A stretch of DNA of 62,924 nt, counting the filler, from Choristocarpus tenellus KU-1152 (taxonomy: Eukaryota > Protista > Phaeophyceae), in the NCBI GenBank assembly GCA_964200185.2. It is 9 parts of 9 records of this genome, joined end to end, with 100 filler letters (N's around TTAATTAATTAA, not from the genome) between each part and the next. Parts side by side here need not be neighbours in the genome. Positions count along the whole stretch, not along the records: positions 33,051 to 56,258 come from CAXNAD020000260.1; 8 more parts are not named here. The stretch is one strand, 5' to 3'. The translations under genes were made by a program, and so were the position numbers. The notes under the pieces are model-generated. The model was given only the letters and a program-made list of their open reading frames with translations. It searched no databases and was not told the origin of the DNA. Below are positions 39,201-52,156 of the stretch, piece by piece; the stretch's first letter is position 1, and each line of letters opens with the position of its first letter.

Positions 39201-42200
39201 CACCAGCTCTCCTGCCTTTATCATCGTGACATGATTGTTGCATACAGGCAGCTCTTCTCAGCTCTTCTCTATTCTCGGCCACCCTCACCACTGTCCGCCT
39301 GTCAGGCAGGGAAGAAGCGACACAGACATGTATAAAGAGAACCATGAACACTTGTGCAGTTAAAAATACTGTGGTGCAACCATTGTTGTACTAAATAATC
39401 TGGGGACAAGGTGTGCGGAATAATGCACACTACTGGTCTAGGTATTAAGGTGGAGCATAAAGGGGGGAGAAAGGCGAAGGGATGCCTTGTGGGACATTGC
39501 GCCAAGTTCAAGCATTGGTCACTATTAGTGTACAAGCGTTCCTCACCAATTGACCCTGGAAACCGTTCTCCCTCTTGCTTATGGATAAACCACAATGATG
39601 CAGCAACTACTGCTTACAGCAAAGTAGGCATCATCTGACCCGTCAGATCTTGACATATACACACTTTCCATGCCTGTAACAATAGATACTTCACAAAACA
39701 ATAGGAAACACTCATGATTGAAGAACGATACACAATGTTTGGCAATCTTGTGATGGAGAAAAATGGATTAGGCTACTAGGAAGTATGTTCTTATCCCAAA
39801 TTCTAATCTCCTTTCACTCTGAAATGACTGCCAGGATAATGCACATGTCAAAAATGAGGGGGAGAAATAATGAATATCCTGGCACAAATGCTGAGTGTCC
39901 TTCGATTTTCTCCAGAAGGTATACAAAGAGTTCCTCTTAGACAGTAGAAGCTACAAGTTCAACCTAGCTTCACATCAACTAGACACCTGCCTGAGTCTCG
40001 GCAGCTGATCCATAACATTGATTTTGAGCCTGCGCACCATCACCGCAGATCTTAGTAGAGCATGTAGCTCATCTGGATATTCAATACCAGAATAAAATGG
40101 CACAACTTTCAATGAGCCTCCCTTTGTCTGCTGCAAACGCCTGTCATAATCAATAATTAGAAAACAGAGGTTAGGGTTACGGAGTGTAGGGCTGCGTCGA
40201 TTTGGGGGCCAAAATTCAATGTTGTGATTTTGATGTAATCTTGCTATTGTGTTTGTTAGGAAATGTCAATATCCACGTTCCGGACACACCTTTTTATAAC
40301 ATACACATTTTATCTACTCCAAAACATTTTGGAGTAGGAAGATGTCAAAAGAACCAATGGGAAGCCAAACCCCAAATGGACAGAGCAAAATGCGTACCCT
40401 CTTGAGATACTTCACTCAACACAAGAATTACTTAGTCCAACATCAGATCATGCCATTGTTGTACGGATACATACGTTGCTGAGTACTACTGGGTTGCAAA
40501 TTCAATCTGAGAAAACTAATATCAAAGGCATGGAAAGTACTGAACAAGCCCTGCTAAAAAATCGAAACTCCTTGAAAAGAAAACTTTGGAGAAAGGACAC
40601 AGTTGTGCACAGGATATTCTGGGGAAGGGAAGAACCCACTTGCACCCGTCACAGTAGTTTGAAATGAACTGGATCTTGGCAGATGATCCTGCCCCAAGCA
40701 GACCGGGTACCAGCGCATCCACCTTTGAGGAACATAAATGACATTGGAACTTAAGTACATGTAAATTTACAAAATGCAGCTCTCCAAACACATACACCAT
40801 GAGATAGTTGAAAATACAAAACAGTCATGGGGGACAAAAGTCCCAGTTGAAGAATGTGTAAGTGAATTTTTTGATACACACTTGTCATGCACAGTTTGCT
40901 CACCATCAGCCCTCATAAGGATATTAGCTAAATTTGAGGATAAGCTCCAACCCTCAGATCAATAGTGCTGTGACTCGTGACAGTTCAACTAACTGGGAAA
41001 ACAAAATAGCTGAAAGGAAAAAGTTCAGTTATTTGGTTATTATTTCATCACCATACAGTGTGACTACTGAATGTATTGTAGGTCTTAGAAACACATAATT
41101 GTCACCAGATGTCACTATCCACAACTCTCTATGCGTTGCACTGTTAATGAGTCAAAAGTATATTAGAGTGTAGAGCCATCTCCGTTTGGGGGCCAAAACC
41201 CAATGTTGCGATTTTGATGTAATTTTGACTATTATGTTTGTTAGGAAGAGTCAATATCCTTGCTCTGGACACACCTTTTCATAACATACACATTTTTCCT
41301 ACTCTGAAATATTTCAGAGTAGTAAAATGTCATAAAAAACCCCGTGGGATGTTAAGCTCCAAATGGACAAACAGGGCAAAACTCGTACCCTCTAAGATAC
41401 TCTCACTCAATGTCTTCAGATCCACTTGCCAAGATCTGTGAAGGCCTTGGAGCTTTTTCTTGCGTTACCTTGTGTGCTGACAGTTCAGTCCAATTTATCG
41501 ACATTTTCTTGTAGTCAATTAAATTGTAACCGCATATTCTTTCAGCTCACAATACTACAGATAAGTGATACGCTTGCTCAATACGTCGCATGACCTTCTC
41601 AATACATGAAAATATTGAGATACATCAACGGTTCCATAAGGAGTATATACTGGACATACATGGAGAATGTGTCAGGTGACTGATCTAATCTGCCTCCACA
41701 ACCAGCCTTGTAGTGTGTTAAAATGAGCATCAGTCAATCAATGAAGATCGCAGATTCCATCTGTTATAAATTAGATCGTTCTCAGGTGGACTTCAACCTA
41801 CCCACAAACACCAGTTCTTTGCTTGTAGTGACAAATGCAGATTAATATCTTTGCACCAACAACATGTCATGCTGACTTTCCAACACAAAGACTGCACCGC
41901 TGAACAAAAAAATAACCACATTTAATAGGTCAAGATAATCTGGACATGGCACTACCTGTCAGAGCTATGGAAGGTGAATATATTATAACGGAGAGTGCCT
42001 TATATAAAGGGTTGAACAATACCCTAAATTATACATTCCTTGCAACATATTTTCCCCTAGCCTCAACAGTTGAGACAAGGGTTTGGAAACTCCATGTAGG
42101 TGTCTGAAAACAGAGTTTTGCCACCCAATCTTCAGCTCTCTTCAATTTGGGCACTTGCTATGTAGTATAGTGAAAATACTTTGAGGTCACTAAAGAAAAA

Positions 42201-45200
42201 CAGTGTGGGATAAAACGGAAACATGTAAGGCGCGGCCAGCTTCTAAATGCTGTAGACCCTTCAGCCCTCATACAGAAGCACCAACATTCATATGAACCAC
42301 ATGAACGTCCACACTTTATTTGTCATATTCATTGAGTTCTCAAGCTTGGTCTAACAACCTGGCCAACAGGAACTTGGATGGTATATCTTGATCCAACATC
42401 CTTCCAAGTGTCCACAATACATCTGGGTGTAGGTATATGGCAGGCTAAGTAATATTGGCGTGAACTTGAGGAAGCCAATGGTGAACAAAGCTGTAGTATA
42501 CAGACTTCCAGTCACCTGGTTGAACATGTCAAAAGGCTTGGACAGTGATGGTGTGCCAGAGAGCATGACCACCCTCTTCGCCTTGCTTGCCACAGACAGG
42601 CAAGTTTTCACTTGCAGTGGTTGCCCTGAGACTAACTGTGCAAGAAATACATCAAGTCGTTATGGGGGATACAAGTTAAACATTTCTACAGACAATGAAA
42701 CTTATCATGATTATTCTACAGCAGTCCCTAGTGTCCTGGAACAAGATGATGTCCAGATGCTTGCAAAATGTGTATAGAATCAGGATATAGATTTGACACA
42801 TGAATCTACCCTTTGACATTTGAGTAAATTGGCAGAGAGCTCTACATATCACTCACCTAATCCATACTAGCTATCAACTGAGAATAAAACCTTGGTGTAG
42901 AATCAAGGATAAAGATCATAAATATAGTCTCCAGTACAGGCTCAATCAACAACAAGAACAGGTTCTACCTGCCACCAAAAAGGAAACTATGTCCACAACA
43001 TAACTCACTCTCAAGAATCCCATGAGGAGTTAGGGAAAATAAAAGGTTCAAAGCAGTCACCAACAAACAACCAAAATCCTTAGCTGTGACAGATGATCTG
43101 ATTGTGGAATATACCAAAGCTGCTGTCTCCACCTCGCTGATGACCCATTGGTGGCAAGTGGTGCTTTCCTCACAATACATAAACATACTGTAGCTTGTTG
43201 GCTCACGTATATATTCAAGACATGGAACTGGCCTCTACTGATTTGACATCCAATTACAGAAATTTATCAGTGAATTGTGTTCTAACCTTGGTTGTGATGG
43301 TGTGACTCTCATCGAAAATGACCTGAGAGGAAGGAACACAGCATAAAGAGGAAGTGGGACAAACGGCTATCTTGAGATCCTATCAATAAGCTAGTGTATA
43401 TGCACTTCCAAGAATACGTACGTGCAAAGATCACATCAAGACGCAAGCTGAAAGGAAGGGACTGAAAACATGGAACTACTCTCTTCAACTTGGCAGATGA
43501 GTGAGTGCCCATAGTAGGGGCAAGATTAGCAAGGTCACCAAGACACTCATAACAAGCCATGTGACTCCAATTGTGGAGCAATAGCTATGTGACACTTGCA
43601 TCAAGCCATGTATAACAGACAGACAAAATGTGATGCCCCCTATCAAATGCTTCACCAGAGATTGAACCAACAAATACTTATTAAGGTTGAAGTAAAACAG
43701 AATTGGTCCTTTTTGACCCATGCCAACACTGAAGAATGCAAACGTATGGGGACCCCAGACCTTGCATAACAAGACATGCTACGTTACTGACACTATTCAT
43801 CAACCAAAAAATATTATAGTCTGAGAACCTACCCTCAAAACATAGTGCGACTCTAAAGATATCAAATACTTTACTTAGTGCTAATCTCAACACCAATCAT
43901 TCTTCACCGCATTCCATGTCCAGGGTTAGGGTTAGGGTTAGGGTTAGGGTTAGGGTTAGGGTTAACCCTAACCCTAAGATATCAAATACTTTACTTAGTG
44001 CTAATCTCAACACCAATCATTCTTCACCGCATTCCATGTCCAGGGTTAACCCTAACCCTAACCCTAACCCTAACCCTAAGATATCAAATACTTTACTTAG
44101 TGCTAACCCTAACACCAATCATTCTTCACCGCATTCCATGTCCAGGATCCCACTGAGGATGACAAGTTCCTCAGCATTGCGTATGATGTTATGACAACCT
44201 GTGGACCCAGGACCCTGAGAGATAAGGGGTAGGTGAGACAGGCAAATGATAGTATATTACCACTGGTTTTAACAGTCTTGTAACCCTAGCGCTGGGTGAA
44301 AGGAGAAAAGCATTCACAATATACACCAAAATATTTGCACAAAATATCCCAGAAATACACACCACAAAACCATATTCTTGAAAGCATCTTCCAACTTGAA
44401 AACTGAAACATTTTTCACACACGAATCCACACTTACCCAGTTCAACAACCAAGCCCACAGACATTATATGGCCCAAATCTGGCATTTCCAATTCCTCTAT
44501 ATTAGTGCCCCCAAACACAATGTCAAACAGTACTCCATGAGCTCCAATGGACTATGTAAAATGCAGGATGGTGATATCACCTGCTGCTCTCCCCCTCTCC
44601 ATACAGCTTGTCCTTGCTACCCTGGATGAGATGTAGCTGGTCTTGCCTAAGGAATGGATACCACCGCTCCACCTCTTCTGCCCACCTGAGGTAAACATTG
44701 GGGGTTACTTGTAGCTGTGCTGTAGTCCACAACTGTGTTGTACCCTACACCTGTTTGAATGTGTTCCCTTGTTGATTGGGTCAAGGCTAGGGTTAGGGCA
44801 GCATTCACAACACTCTCCTGGGACACTAAAACATTATGTAGGACATTTGGACATTTCTACCGTGTGGGGCATGAATTCTCAGTAACATAAGGAAAACAAT
44901 TCAGAATACTATGTCAGAACTCCAAAGTAGTGGAACCCTGCTAGTGCTCATCTCTGATAGGTCTGATTAATATCCACATTAATTCTGCTCAACTTTTGAC
45001 TTGTGACAGGATCTAAAGAGAGGGCTATTAAGTGCCCATCCTTAATCTCCAAACCATCTACCCATGTCATACTCTGAAGAGAAAGAGGATATTTATATAG
45101 ATGAAACAGTTCTGCACAGTACAAATGTACATACCCTTCAAAGCCTGGAAGTCATCTCCAGCAAAGGTTGCGAAGACACTTGTGTGCCCCATGGCGCTTA

Positions 45201-48200
45201 GCTCTGTATACTGAGTGTAAAAAGACAGTGCAATGTTTGTGGAGTGACAGATATATCTAGTACAAATTGGTCTCACATTAGCCTCATGCTGGCAGGAACC
45301 ACAATTAGCAGAGGCCAGTCCTCTCTGTAGCATCCCATTATAGCTAATGCTTGCAGGGTCTGTGAGAGCCACAACAAGGAAATCAAAAGTTGGGGTGAAA
45401 AGAGGAGCACAAGGGGGGGGGAGGCATGAGGACCAGGACCTTGTGAGGTACAGAGTTGTTCAGTGAGGAAGGAGCAGTGCTAACTCAAGGAAGCAAGGTG
45501 AAGATTGAAGTGGACATTGAAGAAACCAATTGACCACAATGAGGGTGAAGCACTTAAACTTCGTCAGACGTTAGTATGTACTTCTTGAGTACAAATCCAA
45601 TACCAAGGAGCCTCTCCATCTGACACTTGCAATGGCAACAATTGAAGAGCATGCGGAGAATCTTTGGGATGGGGTCTCTATGTGGTTTAGTGGTGCCAAT
45701 CAGTTAAGCCAATGCACTATTACAGTACAAAATCCACATTTTCAATGGGTGATACCTCTGCTAATACACCTAATACACAAGCGGGACAAACCGCACGCCA
45801 ATGCAAAACTAGTACCTAAACAACCAGAGAAATCCTTCTTACAAGTAGAACATCACAAAACGGAAAATCCTGAACTTGAGTCTTCTACAACACCATCGAA
45901 CACATATTTGCATACCTCCTCCAATATCTCACCCCTAACCCACCAAATTACTACCAACAACATTCTGCAGTGAAACTACATCCACTTCTCAAAGTGCTAC
46001 TCATTGTCCCCTCCCACTCTACCACTCTCAGGCATGTTCCGTACCTTGCCAGTGCCCATCTCATCAGCAATAAGGCACCGTCCCTGTCTGCGAAGGCCAT
46101 ACAGTACGCCCTCCTTTTGAAAAGGTAGCAAGGTACAACGAAGATCTCGAGGCAGGGTGTACAAAGCGCCCTCACAGGCGTCCAGAGGTCCAAGGGAACG
46201 ATGTGCACAGCCAGCCAGGTGTGCATATGTGGACGGAGGCACATCACGAAATATGAATCCTTCCTGCCAAAATAAATTGGTTGAGCCAGAAACATTGGTA
46301 ATTGAAGGTCACTTATTTTGCTCTCTTGCAACACAGCTGTGATGGGAAGGGAAGGGATGCTCAGATGGTGGAGGTCCTCTTGCAGCATGTATGTTCTGGT
46401 GAGCTAGCAGTGGAGTTACACAAAGGTATCACAGCATTTGGGACCAAATTACAGAGTGCTGGGTCTTAACCTGGAAGCGCCGTCTGACTTCCAATATTGA
46501 TGTTGTGCATCTTGAGATACACCAAAGAGATGCCCCAAAATAAATTCACTCTTTCCTATCTGCACATATCAAAGGCAATCTCTTCATGACATTATCTATA
46601 TCCGCCAATACATCTACTGAGACCTTGTCTTCCTGCTGTTCTCAACTACAAAACACCTATCGAGGTCCAAATACCAAGGTTGCTGTCACCCTCCCCCCAG
46701 TTCCCTCTGCCATCACCACTGCTAGCCTATCTACACAATCTTACAAGTTTGCCCACCACGCTAATTGTACAGGAAATATCCTAACCCCTAATAATAGCGT
46801 TTGATCTACAAGCTACACAACTGTATATTGGTAGTGACCTAGTTAGGGGAAGCACTGCTGTGCATCACCCAGTGAAGATAAAAATTGAAGTGTCGATTTT
46901 TTTGTAGTCGTATTATATTATTATTATTTCATGTAAAAAGACAGACTACTTCTACACGCTGTGAGTAACTGCACACAAAATGGCAGGTACAGTTGTTCCA
47001 AACCCTTGAAGAGAGATTAAGGGCCTCATGCACATGTTCAGATCATTGCTAGTACCATAGTTTTGTACTCCCTGCTGAGGCATTGCCTAAGGCCATCAAG
47101 ATACTTGACACGAAATAAAAGAACTAGTATTAGAGGGCTAACTTTACACTACAATTGCATCAATGTAAACAGATAATGCTAAAGACAGAGGGACTTTGCA
47201 ATGTATCAACTTTGGAAAAAAGATATACTCTAGAAACAAGGACGAAAACAAGGATGACTAAGAGATACAAAGTACAGATTATAGCTCTAGTCAGATTGAC
47301 ACATGCTGCACATATCTCAACTTCACAATCCCAAACTCTAGCCCTCACCCTAACTAGAAGAATCAAATATGTGTTGTATTTCGCAGAATAGGACAAAAAT
47401 ATGTCAACTCTAAACCTGTAAATGGTACAGTGGGCACTAGAGGACACTCAGTAAACAATGGTAAACCCCTTGAGGCAAGGATTAAGTTCAGAGGTTGTTT
47501 GGAAGGATGGATTCACCTTCTTGAGTGCACCTTTGACCCAATCCCTCTTTTCCACCCTCAGCACTGCCACAATGCCAAGCCAGTTGACCATTGCGCCCTG
47601 ACCACTGCCGGCATAGTTACCCTCAATATGAACACCACCCATGTATTGTTTGAATCGGTCCTTAAGTCGCATGCATGCATTTCTTGCCTTCTCCTCACTG
47701 GGTGCACTGCGGATGGAAACCACCAGGGCGCACCTGCACAGCAGGAAAGTGAAGAAATAAGACAAGTGCTCCAGTTAGGGGTGACTGGTCCTTACCACCA
47801 TCAGGACCTTCCCTCAATTGAATCCTGGCAAGAGAGATAAAAGCATCACCCTACTGCTGAACAAAACATGAGAATGTCAGGGAGGGGGGTATGGTTATGG
47901 GGCTAATGTGAGCTCAGTTGTAGTGTGCATTGCGACTGGTTGGGGATGGATTAGAGTTGTGTGTTCTGTGATCCATGGAGTGCAACCCGTAGGTTTACAT
48001 TGACTATTGATCAGCAATCAATCAATCCTCAACGTATCGGAGCACTCCATATATAAAAGTACCATTAGGCAATCTAGTACTCCAGAAGACACAAGTGCAG
48101 ATAAGCGTACGGACATGGCTCATAGAATCACAACAAAAACATATCAAATTCACCTTCAATGAGAACAGGACAGTTCCACCTAAAACATCAGAGACATGAG

Positions 48201-50535
48201 AAATACTGCAATTTGACAAACTGTGCAGTTACAAGAACAAAGAAGAAATTGGTGAGAAATAGGTGAGTAAGAACAGAAACAGGGAGAAGGATCAATGTAC
48301 AACACAGATTAGTCCTGAAATATACATCCAAGCACTCTATGGTGGTGCGTTGTGCAAAACAAAGCAAAATACAGATCAAGGCATATACTGCACACTTCAT
48401 GTTCAGAGATAGTATCGCTACAACTGCCATGCAGTCTTTCCCACCTAACAAAGCATCCACTCCCCTCATAATCGTCTTCTCGCACAGCTGCCACTGGAGC
48501 CATGCACGGTATGCGACTTCGATCAAGTGGGTCTGTGGAGAAAGCATCCTCCTTGAGGGTAAGTTCCACAATGACTTCATTCTTGGGACTGAATCTCACA
48601 GTCGGACAGAAAGGACGTCCTGAACACAGCCATCTAGATCAGATGAAAAAATTGGACCAGGGTGGAAGGGGTGGAACAGAGGGAGTGTCACATGAAGCAT
48701 CACTGTGGCTCAGTGGATAATGGCGGCTGTACCCTGCACTAATTTACAGGTTCAAACCCCATTGATGCCAGAGTGGTTTTCATGGAAATCTGGTTTCAAT
48801 TATTCAAAGTCCATGTGGCAAGTAACAGAAGTTGTATCTCTATACAATCCTGTCTGTTGCCATACCACAAATATAGACCGAGAACAAGGTGACAAGGCGT
48901 CATTGCCCAGCAACGCTGAGACAGGTCAGGCACAAGATTCGAGGGAGGAGGCAGAGCGACATGGGGTGGGATGGCTGAACCAAACATGTGTGAAGAAAGG
49001 CATGAACAGAGGCAGTACAATTAGTCATAGTACCTCTACCTCGGGTCAGGATAGTGCCCAGACTAAAGTGAATGTCATAATAGAAAACAATAATAAGTCC
49101 ACTCAGATCCAGGAAAGGGATAGAAACTTGAGTCAGGGGATTGGTGGAGGAAGAGAAAAAGTAAGGTCAGGGTATGAGCTGGGGTCAAACTCTGTTAACT
49201 CTAGCCGGATGAGAAGAAAGCGAATTGAAAAGAGCATGCGCCAAGGAAAGGCAAAGCAAAAACATTAGAAAAAATGCAAAGGGTCCTACAATTGAACAGT
49301 GACAAAGATCAGGCATAGTTCTCAAGTTTTCAAAATATTTGAGGGTATCTTGAAACATTCTTGACAAAGTTTTGTGCCAAGAAACAAGCAATGGTCACGC
49401 ACAGAAAAAAAATAATGAACTTGGTTTGCCCACCCATAGGTGGCAAACTATTGTCAATACACCAAGTTCCCAATTGCCCTCTTCTTGACTTGGGGTATGT
49501 TCACGGTAAGATTCACAAGCCAAGGCATCTCCTGCATAGTAGCAACAAGAAATCAAAAGAAAAAGATTTTCTGACTTTCAAGATTCCCACAACACATAGT
49601 AGCACTTCAATCTCCAACTCAAGCATCCTGCAGGCTGCACACTTGAGGAAGGGGGCATAGGAATGCTGGAATTGTGAATTGACACTGTTGAGGTCAACAA
49701 AGCTTCTCTGTCCACCTGTTCCTGCATCCTATTTTCCGCACAAGTTCGGTTGGCTCTCCACACCTCCAGCAAGGGTCTGGTTGGTGGTCGTGCACGAGGC
49801 CTGCGTCAGGCTGGAGGGTCAAAAGCAGTAGCAGTAACTTGGACGAAGTGCAGTATAAACTCCAAGTACATACGCCTTTGCTGTCATGATTGGTGGCATT
49901 TGTGCAAACCTATAATACGTACAGCCCTAAGGTCTCCTTGTGCATAATCGACGCTGACATGAGCCAGGACGCTTGCCAAACCTATCACTAAGGAAACCAT
50001 GATAATCATCCGTGCATAAGAAAGGATTTTATCCGCTACCTCCCTGACTCCTCAAGCATCCACATACCCATCAAAGTTCTGGCAATGCCTCCATTGGAGA
50101 CGTTCCTAGGGATGTAAGATGTTCGACTAAAGTAAAATTTTCCCGTACCTGAATACCGACACCAGGTACGTAGCTAGGTCCCACTGATATTTTACTATAT
50201 CCTCTCAAAACTGGCGTCTGAATTACGCGAGCATACTCAGTTGAAGATGTCGTTGGGAGGGAACGGGTATGAAGCCTGATCGGAGAGATGCTGCGGGCAT
50301 CGGGGGTTGCTTGTATCACACCACTTCCATTTCTTGTGAAAGGATGAGGACGGTTTCCTCCCTCACTTCTGACACTTGGCTTATTGTCATTGACCCTCTT
50401 TTTCTCCTCCAATATACACGCTTCTGCGCACGCTGAAAGCCAACTTGGGTCCTCAAAGTCAAAATTCTCAACACCAGTGTGACCGGACGCGTTCATCGAG
50501 AGTGACTGCGCAAGTGAATCCTCAGTTTTATTCAT
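33215..50535 (-). CDS. ZRANB3: SNF2-family annealing helicase, ZRANB3/SMARCAL1 type (~19-20 exons; 3' end truncated at gap)
   Basis: In-phase exons give all helicase motifs: LLPFQKEGV..GRCLIADEMGTGK (46263-46045), TLQAL..WPLLIVVPAS (45359-45277), WAEEVERW (44685-44581), VVITSY (44214-44130), VIFDESH (43322-43287), VMLSGTP (42635-42516), exon 40722-40646, VMVRRLK..QLP (40140-39991), KFVVYAHH (~37444-37334), LRIDGSV (~36819-36719), and SITAGGQGLDFTAA..QAEDRLHRRGQ (~36243-36066). C-terminal LLFAVSRHTGRCHLY resembles the ZRANB3 substrate-recognition region. N-terminal exons (50535-47520) and the start codon are less certain; the HNH domain was not seen. Confidence 0.9.
40167..40417 (+). mobile_element. 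MITE family A copy, TSD AACA, left TIR partly replaced by telomeric repeat
   Basis: AACA|GAG-GTTAGGGTTAC-GGAGTGTAG...GAGATACTTCACTC|AACA. Confidence 0.9.
41149..41408 (+). mobile_element. MITE family A full copy in a helicase intron (further partial copies at 33051-33090 and 56359-56413)
   Basis: Both TIRs present; flanks AAT/AAT(G). Confidence 0.93.
43856..44146. repeat. Three direct copies of a 69-bp unit separated by head-to-head telomeric repeats
   Basis: Units at 43856-43924, 43976-44044 and 44078-44146; junctions (AGGGTT)7(AACCCT)2 and (AGGGTT)1(AACCCT)5. Confidence 0.97.
48704..48765 (+). repeat. tRNA-derived SINE-like head (related copy ~56417-56476)
   Basis: A box TGGCTCAGTGG and B box GGTTCAAACCC, followed by CATT. 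The second copy has the same A box and TCAAACCCCATT. Confidence 0.5.
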
Positions 50536-51799
50536 TGCTCGCTTTCAAGAAGGTTCATCATGCTAATGCGAAGATTATTTCTGTATTCAACCCAGCACCA
50601 ACAATACGTTGTACCAATCTCGAAGTATTGTCTGTCTTGTCCAATAATGTGAGTGTTCTTCTAAACTGTTAAACAACAGAAAGTGTTTCTCCCCGATTTA
50701 TTACCCTGTAAAAACAATTTATAAATCTTGATATCTTCCCGATTCTATCCAGGTTTGGTAGACGTTAGAGTTTAGTAATCCTCTTTCTTGTCCGTAATGG
50801 AAAGTTCACGAAGTAATCAGAGTATAATGACTATGAGAATTCCCGTTGGTACCAGGTAACATAGTAGGAAGGGAAGAAGAAGAGGAAGGAAGTGTAGACG
50901 AAAGGGATAAATAGTGAATTGGTGTCGAAGCAGACTAAATATCTGAGAAAAGAAAAATGAGTGGAGGGCACACAGCGGGATGGGGAAGAAAGGAACAAAT
51001 AAAAGGTCGAAGTGAAAGGCGGGAGTAGAAGGACAAAGGGGGGCAGGATCAAGGCAACTTCTAAGCAATCTTTCCCACCCACCCATCCTCTTAATTGCTC
51101 ATGATTGATTGAGATGTTGGGAGGGGGGGAGTGTCAAGCATGGGCAGGGTACATGTCTTCTAGTTCAAAGGCACTGTATCGGAGTAGATGGAGGTGGAGT
51201 GTTTTCTATGATTGTGGGGTATCCTTAGACGAATGCAGAGTGTTGCAGAGGAATGTGGAGTGTCATGGATGGAGGTGGAGTGTGTTGGGAGGATTGATGC
51301 AGGAGTGGATTCGCAGAAATTGGTCCCAATATTCGTGATGGAATAATATTGGCAGATATTGACTGCAGTAGTTGATGACTCAACTGCTTGGTGGCTGGAA
51401 ACCTGTCGTGAAAATTGAATACATTGGTTGGTCATGGAATATCAGTGGTAGAAACTGACCAGACCGAGTTAGAGTAAATGAAAGGTAACCAGAGTTGACT
51501 TTAAAGATACTGAAAAATGTGTACAAATTCGACATTTTTTATAAATGTGTATAGGCTATTTTCTTAATTGTGTCGGAAACTTTTCAAATAATAGAGAAAA
51601 ATACGTTCTCAAGTTAAGCTTAGAACTTCATCCATAGCAATATGGGTGAATCGCAAAAGTTTCAAAAACAGGCTTAAAATGCACAACGCCAAAATCTGGG
51701 CACCTCTAGTTTACTTTTGCTCACTCGTTGATGTTTAGAATGTTTGATGACTGGGAAAACATTGGTAAAGATTGTTCGTATTGAAGGGGAATCGTGTGA

Positions 51800-52156
51800 G
51801 GCTCATAACCTGTGCAAATTACCTTGGGAGGTAATGCTATTTCTCAGTAGTGAAGAGAGTGTGAAGCCTCACACGACCCCCTTTGCTGAACGTGAAAAAA
51901 GAATGGATGGTTGAAATTTAGAAGAGTGACCTTTGTGTCTGGTGTCTTCTCATTGCTTGTTTATTATATATTTGTGCTTCCTATCTGAGTCAACGGTCAT
52001 GTCAAAGTTAGTTGAATGCAGAATAAATACCAATACATAATCCCATACATAATCTGGATGTACTATTTTATTAGTTACATCACATGAACTCAATTCAACA
52101 CAACAATGTCATATACACAAAATAAGGTACACCTCACTATTGTCCTATTTTGCACA
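51800..52156 (-). mobile_element. Copia 5' LTR (51811-52156) plus PBS, same family as 3334-6364; internal region lost
   Basis: Reverse complement reads TGTGCAAAATAGGACAATAGTGAGGTGTACC...TTTGCACA-GGTTATGAGCC and aligns along its length with 3334-3678 and 6041-6364. Confidence 0.9.

Noticed and set aside
43922-44077. Ancient chromosome end-to-end fusion site
   Set aside because: Both flanks belong to one continuous gene and are direct duplications, so this is a local event.
43856-44146. Repeat-spacer-repeat pattern as a CRISPR array
   Set aside because: The repeat is 69 bp of host exon/intron sequence, the spacers are pure telomeric repeats, the context is eukaryotic and there are no cas genes.
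43878-44194. ORFs with GLGLGL, VRVRVR or NPNPNP runs
   Set aside because: These are translations of telomeric repeats, antisense to a real helicase exon and intron.
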